A DNA stretch of 64,000 bases from Kudoa neothunni (lineage: Eukaryota; Animalia; Cnidaria): assembly GCA_964304625.1 (NCBI GenBank), contig OZ199840.1, forward strand, positions 3,795,631 to 3,859,630, in the 5' to 3' direction. The notes below the pieces were generated by a model. The model ran no database searches. It was given only the letters and a program-made list of their open reading frames with translations, and was not told the DNA's origin. Shown here in pieces: positions 42,162 to 53,758 of this stretch. A program made the translations under genes and the position numbers. Every line of letters starts with the position of its first letter. The stretch's first letter is position 1.

Positions 42162-43913
42162 ATTTCATATTTCTTGTTTCCGTATAAACACTCGGTCAAT
42201 ATACTTTGCTAGTCCTTTTATTTTCCAATCTCCACATATTTATATTATTGGTTTGATTCATTGCTTTATGTTATAATCTTAATACATTCCTACATTCGTC
42301 AATGGACATACATCAAATATTTTACAAAAGAATTGTTAGAAAATCCGATCTTTATATTAATTACCTGGAAAAAAATAATTTTATCTCAAATTTTTACTAT
42401 TTTTTAATTATTCTCATTCATACATATAATGCTTATTTCTTAAAACAATTTTTGATAAAATCACAGTAAGTATAAGAAAGCATCATTCTTCGGCTCTCTT
42501 GCCGGTAGAGTTTCTCTGATTTTGGCGATTTTCATTCATTAAATGGAATTCCAACTTTATCTAGTAGAGCGTGGTTGCCCTATTGATTTTATTCATAAGT
42601 GTAATGTGTAATGTGCGCCAAGAAAACCACAGCTCAGTAAATACGCACAAAATATACGTAGGCGTAAAAATCATAAGCTCGTCTTATTTAATTCTCTTGC
42701 AATAAGGTAAAACCTCTAGTATAATTAATTAAGCGGCAAGGTTTCGGAGAGTGAAGCTGCTTCCATGAGCATTCTAGACATCGTAAGGTGTCATGTAAAC
42801 CTCGTACCAGACATTGTATCATTAATCACCAACAATACATGTATTAATGCTTCATCATTTAACATGATGTTTATTTATTACAATATAATATTAAAGTGTG
42901 CTGTATTAACAAATAAAATAAAACAATTTATAATTTAATTTTCTATTGAGATTAATTTACGGTATTGTTATATTCAGTGGCGGATCGTAGTTTAAATAAA
43001 TGAGGATGCTGAAATGCATTAGAAAATTTTTGTAACGATTATTCGAAAATGAATAAATTTCTGGAGACGAAACAACAATTTACTTTTTAACCAATCGGAA
43101 TTTTAAAAATGACATTAAAATGGAGATATATACCTAAATGCGATTGATTAAAACACAATTTAAATCGGCCAGCACTGTGGGTCGCACAGTGCCTCCACTC
43201 CGCGGATCTTATCTACACGGCCTTACTCACACGCATACACATACACATGCGCACGGCGATAAAAATAATTTTCCTATAGTTAGATGGCAATTTTGTATAA
43301 TTTATGGATATTTTCCATTGTATTCTCCTTTAAACTGTTGTTCTAACAATTAAATTTTGTTATGTTTGATAAACGTGCATATTGCGTTACGGTAATTTGG
43401 ACTTGCACATGAGTGCAAATCTTTTACTAACATTTGCTGGCCGTTTCACCGTGTTAATGCATGTAATAATTGAGGTTATTTTACGTCAAGAAAAATACGA
43501 GAATTATAATATTGCAATCATTCTAATTTTAATAGATGTAATCATATTAGTAATAATTACTGTAAACGTATTGACGAAAATTCTTTTTTTTTCTTAGAGA
43601 ACATGTCGCACATCCTATAATTTAGATGGTTCATAACTATATTGTAAACTGAAAGCAATATATTCTTTAATAATAGAATTTAAATAAAATGTGGGTAGAT
43701 TAATGTCGTTGCATAAATGTGTAGGGTCAAACTAAATTTTTCCTATATGGCGCTCGCAAACAACAAAAGTGCGAATAATCAATCAATGGTATATATCAAA
43801 TTTTTCGCACTTTTTTGATGGTCCAGAGGGGATTACGGTAAATCGGTTACCTACTGTATAATGAAACCACGATCGCCCTGAGAATTTGGGCCAGCGATTT
43901 TCATAACCAGATG

Positions 43914-43927
43914 GCGAGGTTCGACTG
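43914..43927. mobile_element. Solo right TIR of a Tigger-family MITE
   Basis: GCGAGGTTCGACTG-TA is the reverse complement of the left end at 27774 (1 mismatch); a second Tigger-like end CCTACTG-TA lies at ~43850-43858. Confidence 0.5.
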
Positions 43928-44306
43928 TATTTTAATTTAAAAATTCACCTAGTACATCTATAACTAAATTAAGAAACACTCGAATTCGATGTAGAAGCAT
44001 ATTTAAAGAAATTTATGTCGCAATTGTTGATAGTATAATAATGCTGCTCATTGCTCATTGATTTTTGAAGACAAACACGTAAACAACAAATTCACCAATA
44101 AGGAAATTAAATTCGCAGAATAAAAAATACTTCCATTAATTTAAACAATCATATGAATTCAACCACATAATAACCATGTGTGTTTATAGTTAATATGCAA
44201 AAAACGCCAACTTAGTAACTTAAGGCCTCACGCATAAGCAACTCGCAAGAAAAAAAACGAATTTGAAAGCTATCAATATACGCAACTAATTCGTCACAAA
44301 CAGTTT

Positions 44307-45405
44307 TTACGCAACTTTGGGTTCGATGGTGAAGGCACGAATGATAGAATCATTGTAACCAGCAAAAAGAGTTCGACCATCACGAGACCAAGCGAGCGAG
44401 GTGCATTGCACATACGGTGGGAGAAGAATTTGGTTTTCGGTATCTTTAGGATCGACAATCGAATCTCCCAAACAACCATCTCTACACTTGTCAGCATCGA
44501 GAATGAAAATCTTCGATCCACACGCTGCAGCAATAAGCGAACTGTGGGGGTTGAACTTAACACACGACACTTCGCCAGGCAATTGTGATGATCCGAGAAG
44601 CTGATAGGTGGCATTGCTCCATACATTGACAATTCCATCCTTGCCGCCGGATCCAGTAAGCTGACCACTCTTGGTAAGGTCGACACTATTCACAATGTTG
44701 GTGTGACCATAGTGAACAACTTGAACTTGACCAGTAGTGTAGTTCCAGACACGAACAGCCTTATCGGCACCACCAGAAACCATCAATGGAGCATCGGTAC
44801 CAACACACAAAGTGATATTTTTGATGACAGAGTTGGAGGTTTCGGTAGGGACACTGAAATGGAATTTGAGCTGACCAACAATGTTCCACAGCATAATATC
44901 TCCATTTCTGGCAGATGAGAAAATCTGTCTGTTGTCAGAAGAGAAACCTACAGATAGCACATCACCAACATGTCCACGGAAGAGAGTTCGGACGGAGTTG
45001 CTAGAAAAAGAAAATTAAGCTATTGGAAATCGGAAAAAACAACAAAATATTACGTTTCCAAGTCCCACATTTTAAGATATCCGTCCCATGAAGATGAAAT
45101 CGCATGACGTGAATCATTGGACAGAGCACAATCAGTGACAAAATTGTTGTGACCAACCAATGATTTCATTGCATATCCATTGTAGGATCCATCTTCTTCA
45201 GAGATCTTCCATACCATTAGAGTCTTATCTACAGTAGAAAACCGCAGTCATTTACAATGTTCATCATTACAGGCAGAATACCTCTCGATGCGGACACCAA
45301 AAGATCGTCTCGGTTGCTTGAAACCGCGATTTTTGTAATAGCGCCATTGTGGCCTTTAAAAGTTCCTCTATGAGCAAGGTATACCTTTTGGGTTTCGGCA
45401 CTCAT
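44307..45405 (-). CDS. RACK1: RACK1 (40S ribosomal WD40 scaffold), highly divergent
   Basis: RGTFKGHNG, LVSASRDKTL, LVGHNNFV, SSSWDG, GHVGDVLSVGFSSDNRQI, GSGGKDG, CTSLAWSRDGRTLFAGYND; introns 45229-45281 and 45001-45053. Confidence 0.93.
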
Positions 45406-45552
45406 ACTTAGCGATGTGGTTAGCGTGTTGTGAGACGACAATTTGTCGGGTCTACTCGGCCATTGGGTTTTGGTTGTTGACATTTGCGCAAATGGCTTAT
45501 TAGAGTTGTATCATGCTCCAATTAAAATATTCAAATAATTCTACGATTGTTT

Positions 45553-48500
45553 TTATTTAGAAGCGTGGGGTTGAATGGTTTGTTTTTCAACGCGAATAAC
45601 GGCGTGGCCATATAACACTGGGTTGCCTTCGGATAGTATTCCGCAAAATATTTTGTGAATTCCTGTGCCCTAGTTTTTTAAATATTCAAATTATTTTTTG
45701 AATGCTTTTTGCTTTACTTTAAAAATTACAGAAAACGTGTCATCAATAGTGTTTTTGTGCCCCATTCTAGTGAATTTGGATGTAGATTTAAATGTGACTC
45801 AGCTACCGAGAGTATTACTTTGTTTTAAACTGTTTTATCAGCCCGAGTGACGCTGAGTAGAAGCATACTGTAGGCTGGATTAGGCGAATTGGTAGAGGGG
45901 AGCTTTTAACTCTGAGCGGAGTCGGTGTATTTTCCTCGATTGTTTTGGGAAATTCTATGGAAACATTCCACAAAGAGAGGGTTGTGTATTCGACTTTCTC
46001 AATCGCCTCGCCGTTTCCAATTAAACAAGAAATCGAAACTTTAATGAAAAGTTGATCGATGAGTGTTGTTTTGGCGCTGTAGAGGTCGAAAATTTTGGAA
46101 TTATTAAATTCTGTTAATACGTTATGCCGGCAGTCTAGCAATATTATGTGTTTTGTTAAAGTGAGAACGAAAAAAAAGCTTAATAAGAATAAACCTGATT
46201 CGATAGTCAGTTGCTTAAAACTGAAAAACAAATCCATCAAATTATCATCCCACTCATTCACCACTGTTATAGTTGAGGTGACTTTCACTGACAGATTTCT
46301 TCTAGAATTATTTCTAAGTGAGATATCATACTGGGTAGTTTGATCTGTTGGTGCTATTTTAGTGATATTGACCTGGATAGTGGGATCGTTTGAAATAGTG
46401 GGGATTGTACTAATCCCATATTTCATAATTTTGTACTGAAACATATTTTCTAAATAGCTACTGTGAATCTGACGAAAATCGGTTGTTAGATCGTGAATTT
46501 TCTCTCCTTTTGAGTCGCATGTGGCTATCATCCTAGCGAAAGAGCTAGAGCTGATAACCTTAATGGATGATGGATTGGCTCTCAGTTTGAATTCTTTGTA
46601 GATCTTTTTGATTGAAAACGAATTGATAGCATTGTAAAAATAGCGAGTTTCGCAAAAATTGTCAAACTCGGCATTTCTAATGTTAGACACCGCTGCAGGC
46701 CCAATATGAGAAAGATGTTTTTGTTTGAACAAAGGCATTACGTTTATTACAAAGTTCTTCTCAGAATATTGCTTGGGATTTAAACTTATTTGAATCCAAC
46801 AGTGGTAAGGTCTATAAATGTCATACAATTACTCAATATTACAGATCTCATTTGGATAGTAAAATAATAATAAATTATCCAAAAAATTATTTAGTAAGCA
46901 TAAAGCAAAAATTTTATTAATATTTAATTAAATAAGTTTGCATATTTTGTTAGTATTTCTTTTGTAAATAGTTTCAAATTTGAATTTGAACGGGATAAAT
47001 TATTTTTCAATAAATTAGATAAATCCATTAATATAAAATTTCGTAGATTTAAATAAATTAAAATTGCCGATATATTTGTTTATAATAAATTCGATAGATT
47101 ATACCCATTTTTTGGGTAATAAAAGTCATTTTAAAAAAATTATTTTGACTTTATTAAAATAAATAATCCATTATTTGACAATAATTATGTTGATAATATT
47201 GCTGTAATGCATAAAAAATATTTTATTGAATTTTTGTAATCTATGATTTTATAAGATTCAAAAATAAAAATGATTAATTTGTCCTTATTTTTTTAATAAC
47301 AAACAAAATTACGATTAAATAATTGATTTAAAGTCTATAATTTAAAATATAGCTAAAAAAATTTACATAAAGTACACTTCGATTTGATATATACTACAAA
47401 CATTCTTATAAACTATTCATATCATATCGTTTGGTGATTAAAGATCTCATGATGAAAATCTCTATTATAGAGAATTAATCTCGAATACACTCTTATCTCA
47501 ATAAATAATTAAATCAATCAATCAATCAATCAATCAAAATTCAAATAAATTTATTAATTAATAGGGAATGTCTTTTAACTTTATTGAGTCGTTAATGACA
47601 ACAAATACTTGGAGAAGCTTGAATCTGTACCATCTACAATACCGCTTTCATTGAAATAGCGGATCTTTTCCATGGTTCCGTTGTTGTTGTGGTTACACAC
47701 AAAACAAGTGACTATTTGTGAAGGAATTCCAAGGAATCTCAATACTTATTTAGTGTAATTAGTTTTTGTAACTAATCGAAAATTACTTGACAGATAAAAT
47801 CCACACACAACTGCAGAGTTTCTAATTGTGATCGCGGTTTGATTGGAATCGAGGTGTTGCTTGAGCAAACCCAGCGAAGAAAACAACACCAGAACTTCCT
47901 CATCAATTTTCTCATTGTAATCACACAGAGAATATCTGCTTGTGAATATTTTATGCTCGGGGCCTCTCCAGAGCTAACCAATATCCAATATATTCAGTTA
48001 ATTGCTATACATCAAAATCCGATAATTACCATTATAGCAATGGTCCGGCATAGATTCAATATATCTTGAGATATTTGCTGAGGTAGTTGACTAATGAAAT
48101 CCACAACAAATGTTGCAAACAACCAATGAAACTATTCTTTGTAAATTTTATTAATAAAAAATTAATTGAACTTTAATTGACCTGATTTAATTCCCATAAA
48201 ACAGTGGTTGGGTTTGGTTCTAACCCCATTGCAATGTAGGTAAAATCCTGAGCAACATAGGGGTTAACATCCCCATTGAAATAGGTGGTATCATCTAAAC
48301 CGCATAACCAATTAATAGATGAATAAGAGTGTGACAAATTTTACTAACCCGGATTCCAAGGATTACATAAAATAAACAGTTGAAAGGTTTTATAGACAGA
48401 GTTGTTTAGAGTGAGAATGAAGTCAGACATACCAATGGGAATACCGATAGGCAGCTGAAACATCGTTTGAAGGGTTTGTTCCGTTTGGGGACTCAAATGT

Positions 48501-48875
48501 GTTGGGTTACCCACATCAAGAAGTTTAATCTAAAATAGAATGTTTTTATAATAACAGCGGCGAACAAACTGAGTATCATATCTATCCAAAAGCAACAACT
48601 CTAGGAGTAAAATAAGATGGAATAAATACGTGGATTTTAATGGATTGTGAAGGATCGGTAGAGATGCAACAGTCAACGCACAGAGACACACTGTCAGGTG
48701 TCAGTGTGAATTCTTCATTAGAACAACCACTCAGAGTCAAGGTTAACACCACACAATCCCCTCTACGAACCAAATTTACATTGGGAATTTCTGGCAGACG
48801 AACTGGGTAGCAGTAATCACTCTTGGGTATTATGTGTAGATGTGTAATTTGAATGAAATTCATATGATTTGACAT
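45553..48875 (-). CDS. Transglutaminase-family protein, predicted catalytically inactive
   Basis: LVRRGD (N domain), FILCNPW, WELNQF, LRFLGIP..VT, YHCWIQ, IGPAAV and C-terminal Ig-like barrels. The YGQCWVF region reads IRNSAVV. Last exons tentative. Confidence 0.85.
47511..47536. repeat. (AATC)n microsatellite in the transglutaminase intron
   Basis: About six tandem AATC units. (TA)n tracts also occur at ~5503-5518, ~50420-50436 and ~52500-52522. Confidence 0.8.
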
Positions 48876-49344
48876 TGTGGCTATTCGGCGTTTACATAGT
48901 ACGCTATTTTGTTACTAGGGGAAAATATAAAGGGCTTAATTTAATTGCAAATGGTTACACCAATAATACTAACTGACTACTGTTAATTTTGACGTTTAAT
49001 ACCAGACTGTTGCTAGGATATTAAAACTATTCTTAATTTCAACATATAATTGCGTAATGAATATGCATGAAGTTCTAGGATAAAAATACTAAAACCAGAC
49101 ATGAATTTTAACAACTATCCAAGGAGTTGATTTCTAAAAGTACAAAGTCCCACTTTGAGAGTTCAGCAAACCCAAAGATTATCGCTAATATCAATAATAA
49201 AATTGTTTTTGGTTAACAATCAAATGTATTGCGTCAAAAAAATGAAAGAAGTAAAAATTCACGTATTATACTACAAAATAAACATCCTAATAAGTGAATA
49301 AATACATAACATTTAACTATAAGAAGCCAAACATTTTCTAAGTT

Positions 49345-52300
49345 TTAATCATCTTGTGAAGTCTCATAAGAACTTTCTTCTTGGTTTTCCTGTTGGAGTT
49401 TGTTTCGTTCCTTTCTTTGACGGTGCTTAACCCGAATACGTTCTCGTTCGATTTCTCTATCTAAACGATCTTCATCTTTGAGTTGTTGGTTAGCTAGCAG
49501 CAGATTCAAACCTTGATTATCTAAAATAAAATATAACATTATCCAATTTGTAAACGTTTTAACTGAAAAGAATATAAATTATTCGTTTATTTACAAATAA
49601 GCAACTTCGAGATAAATAACGAAAAAAATAAATTTCCCAACTATTACGAATACCTTTATCCGGTTGATCCTCATCTGCCATTTCATCAAATACGATTTTC
49701 GTATTGACATTTATTCCCTTTTTCAACAGTCGTTTGGCGACTCCAATTTTGGTTTTTCGTTTAAGAGAGTTGTTGAAAGCGAATGTTCGAATTAACTCAT
49801 CCTAGACATCATCAATTAGCCTCAGCCAAACATAAAACGTATAAAGCTCACATTTGGAGCAGGGAGTTCAGTTGGATTGGATGATTTGACAAGAAAATCA
49901 TCATCTGATTCTTCGGCAGAAAAATCCATATTGAAGTCTTTTTTCAAATCCAAATTTGAACCTTCAGTAGATGGTTGAGAATCGTTGAAGTTGAGACACA
50001 AGTCCAACGAAGATAACCCCAATGAGCTAATTAATTATAAGCAAATTTGAGCCTGCCTAAATTGATTACATGGCGTATTTGTTGTAGTCGATTAGAGAGG
50101 ATCGGAAAATGTTTTTGTTCGATTGGATTGAAATGGTTTTCTTATAAGCATTCACGCACTGTAAAATAATGTAAGTTGAGTGAAAAATTTAAATAAGTAT
50201 GGAGCTATTATCAGAGATCAGTTTAATTCAAATTCCAGAATTTTAAAACTCATCAACTCATCCCACTAAAGTAATACAACATTGATTTTATAGGCATACA
50301 AGAATTTATAATTGACGAACTAATAACGCTACGGAGGAACCACCCATATAGTTCATTATAGCTGTATCTATGCTAACGCTAATTCAACTGATTTTCTCTG
50401 AAAATTGTCACAATTAACATATATATATATATATATCTATAGAAAATGGCAGATAATTACACGTTGGGCGGACAACATAAATTCTTTGTCCCTAATACAA
50501 AACGACTGTAACTTCTTTGTGACATCGTGCTCATTTGTTTTGAAGCTAGCATAAAAATATTACAATTTTGATAATCCTAATAACATACAAAGTTTGAAAA
50601 ATGGGAATTTTGTTGTGCTTTAGCCTTTTTAAGATCTCCTTTTCACTTGGCATCAGCACCAACAATGCTTTTCCATCTTTATTGAGCCTATAATTGAGCT
50701 TAAAAAAATCAAAATATTTCAATTGAATTACCTCGCAGTACGACCAACACGATGAATGTAGGTGATGGAATCAGATGGGCAATCAAGTTGAACCACCCAA
50801 TCTACTGAAGGAAAATCTATCCTGAAATAAACAAAATCAGACACAACAATCGTATTACCGAGTCCTCTTGAAGCCAAATCGGTGGAAAAAAGCGCACACG
50901 CTGTTTTTGAACAAAAAGTCTCAAAAGATTCCAACCGCCGTGTTTGTTTTTGTCCACCATGTAAGGTTATCACAGGCATACCAACACGAAGTTTGGTAAA
51001 GCATTCAGATAAATATTTGGCCTGTTTACAGCACGACACAAATATTATTATTTTTGATTTTGTGTGCGCCTTCAAGAATTGATGCATAAAATTGACCTTC
51101 TCAGAAACCTCGCACACTACAAAGCTCTATAAGATTGGCATTAAAAGATAGTTTATTATCAACTCGAATGAGAAACAAATAAATATCTTCATTATTTTAA
51201 TCAATTATAATTTATCTAATAAATTTAAACCATTTACTTAAGAAATAATAGAAAAAATTTTCTTTTAACAATAATTGTAATTCACATAAATATTAATTAA
51301 TAAAATTATGCGCTTCGTTTACGATACTAAACATTTTGTTATTTTTTAACGTAATTCTATTAAAATAATATATTTTTCATTTCTAATAAAAATAAATAAA
51401 TTAAATCTTAGATTAATTAAATTAGTAAGAATAAACTAATTTCTCCTGAATATCCAGAATATGTATACACAATTGAAAATCAATTAGCCGAAAAATTTGA
51501 GACTATCGATTTTCTTTCCGGATAGCGAGGTTCCTCTTAATTGAACATAACAATGTCATATACGCGCACATTTTTCGAAATTGTTACTTAAAGGATTAAT
51601 TATTTGATTTATGAACAATTTTTACAATTTGTTAAGTAAAATATTTTAACTTAGGCAATTTAAATTAAAAATATTGGCATATTTGTTAATTAAGAATAAG
51701 AAGACTTAAAAAGAAATAAAATACGTAATTATAGAAAAACACGCCTACAGAGGAGTAATCTCCTCTTTAAAAATAATCGGGGTTAAAATGAAGAATGGTG
51801 GCCACATTTTCCGTTTAAAGATTATAATTATTTCGTAGAGTAATCCTGAGCATTTTCCAACATATTAGCATGAAATATGTTGAATATTTGACGGTAGGAA
51901 TGAGTGGATTAATTATAATAAATTATTTTCGATATTAACGTTATGCATTTGATACAATTTAACACCTAATGTTTGAAGAAAATATGAATTTCTTATTCTT
52001 ATAGACATAGAATTAATGATAGGCAATCGCAAATGATGAAATATGACAATCGACAAAAAATCATGGTTGTCACTCAAATTTTAAGATAAAAACGTATGCT
52101 TTACTCGATCGATTAAATGGTATGACCTGTGGAAATAACTACGAGGGGCTAGCAGTTATTTATATGATAGATTACAACAACTATTATCGATAACAAATAC
52201 AGTGTCGAAAATAACCTGCTGGTGGTGAAACAATGATAAATACAAAAAAAATAAAATAATCAACAGGTTCGATTTTTATCGTGGTCGCTGATTTGGGTTA

Positions 52301-53758
52301 CGGCCATTATTCTACATTTTCACCGGCATATATGCTACATTGTACATGTCTTACGGTGATTGGTAGCACTTTAATCCAGAATTATGATTAAATAGTTGTT
52401 CCGGATAATCAAACATTTATCGACACGTAATTTCAATAAAATACAAACAAAATTTAAAATATCTTTCGGATAATCAAATTCCGATTAATCGAGATTCGAA
52501 TATATATATATATATATATATATGCCATGAATCAATAACATAATCTAATAATTTATTTGGAATTAAATTTTGAGGGGAACGAAACAATTAATATTATTAA
52601 AAATTCTACATTAACTGCATTAAATGAGTGGGAATGTATTACATTTCGAATCAAGAGAAAAAATTACTTGAACTAATTGGTTAGGAGTAGAAAACTTTTC
52701 ATCCAGATCAGCATGTATAAAGGAAGGTTGTTTGTTCAGACAAGCTTTTGCTAGTTCCATAACGTTTCTAAATGATAAAAGGATAGCTTAGGAAGAGTGT
52801 TCATTAAAAAATTAACTTGTCTTGAGTGGCAGAATAAAGCATCGTTTGTCGTGATTTTGGTAAAAAGTCCAAAATAGCCAACATTTCTTTTTGAAATCCC
52901 ATATCCAATATTTTGTCTGCCTCATCCAGCACTAATAATTTTAAATGGGTCACATCTAGATCAGGATTTTCGTTCATGTGTTGTAGTAGGCGACCAGGTG
53001 TGCATATCAGAATGCACATATTTTTCACATGTTTTTTCTCCCCCTCTATATCTTTTCCACCTCCGATTAGTAGTCCAGCCGAAAAATTGTGATATTTCCC
53101 CACATCATGCAGTACATGAAATGTTTGGTAGGCCTGTTGGTTGAAACGATATTATTCCAACACAAACTCTACAGTTTGATTACGAGTTCTCTTGTGGGTG
53201 AGATTACCAAGGCTCCTAATCCGTCAAAATGAGACCATTGTTGTCGCCACAAATTCTCCAACAACTAAAGCCCATACACACAAATTCAATTGGTTTCCAT
53301 TATACAACAAAATAATTTTTTACAGGAATAAGAAAAGCCCCTGTTTTTCCACTTCCAGTTTTAGCCGTTCCGAAAATATCATTGTTTTTCAATCCCTTAT
53401 ATATACCTTGAATCTGGATTGGTGTGGGTTTGGTAAAATTCAGTTGTTTTAGAGCTAAAAAACAAGTCCCATTTTAATCCAATTAATTATTTTAGTGATT
53501 GCTACCCTGTTTAGTTTTTGATGATATTGGATAGTCAGAAAATGGAAGTTGTTCATCAATCTCGGTCTGTGAAAAGTTTATTTCACATAAGAGATATACA
53601 GATTTGTTTGTTACCATTAACGCAAGCCTTTTTGTCAATTCTTCTCTCTCATTCGTTTCTTCCTCTACTTTGATTTTTTTTGTTTCCTTTTTCAGTGCCT
53701 GTTTATTTCTAAAGATTGTTCGCTTTAAGGGATTTTTTTGGGAACTTTGATAAGGCAT
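49345..53758 (-). CDS. DDX10: DEAD-box RNA helicase DDX10/Dbp4
   Basis: PTPIQ, AKTGSGKTGAFLIP, DGLGALVISPTREL, FSAGLLIGG.KD, CTPGRLLQHM.EN, LDEADKILDMGF, YSATQ, RGLDFPSVDWVVQLDCP, YIHRVGRTAR, C-terminal NTKIVFDE and EDRLDR motifs. Confidence 0.95.

Noticed and set aside
42975-43260. MITE-like start CAGTGGCGGATC and ORF 43138-43353 with an HTHTH repeat
   Set aside because: No matching right TIR or TSD found; the His-Thr run is an (AC)n-like microsatellite.
44294-44918. Alternative-frame 130-aa ORF and antisense ORFs over RACK1
   Set aside because: Explained by codon bias of a highly expressed gene; no independent evidence.
45001-45281. snoRNA in RACK1 introns, as in yeast and vertebrates
   Set aside because: Both introns are only ~53 nt, too short, and no paired C/D boxes were seen.
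45406-45483. N-terminal extension of RACK1 from the upstream start at 45483
   Set aside because: Homology begins after ATG 45405; the upstream region more likely holds the promoter and 5' UTR.
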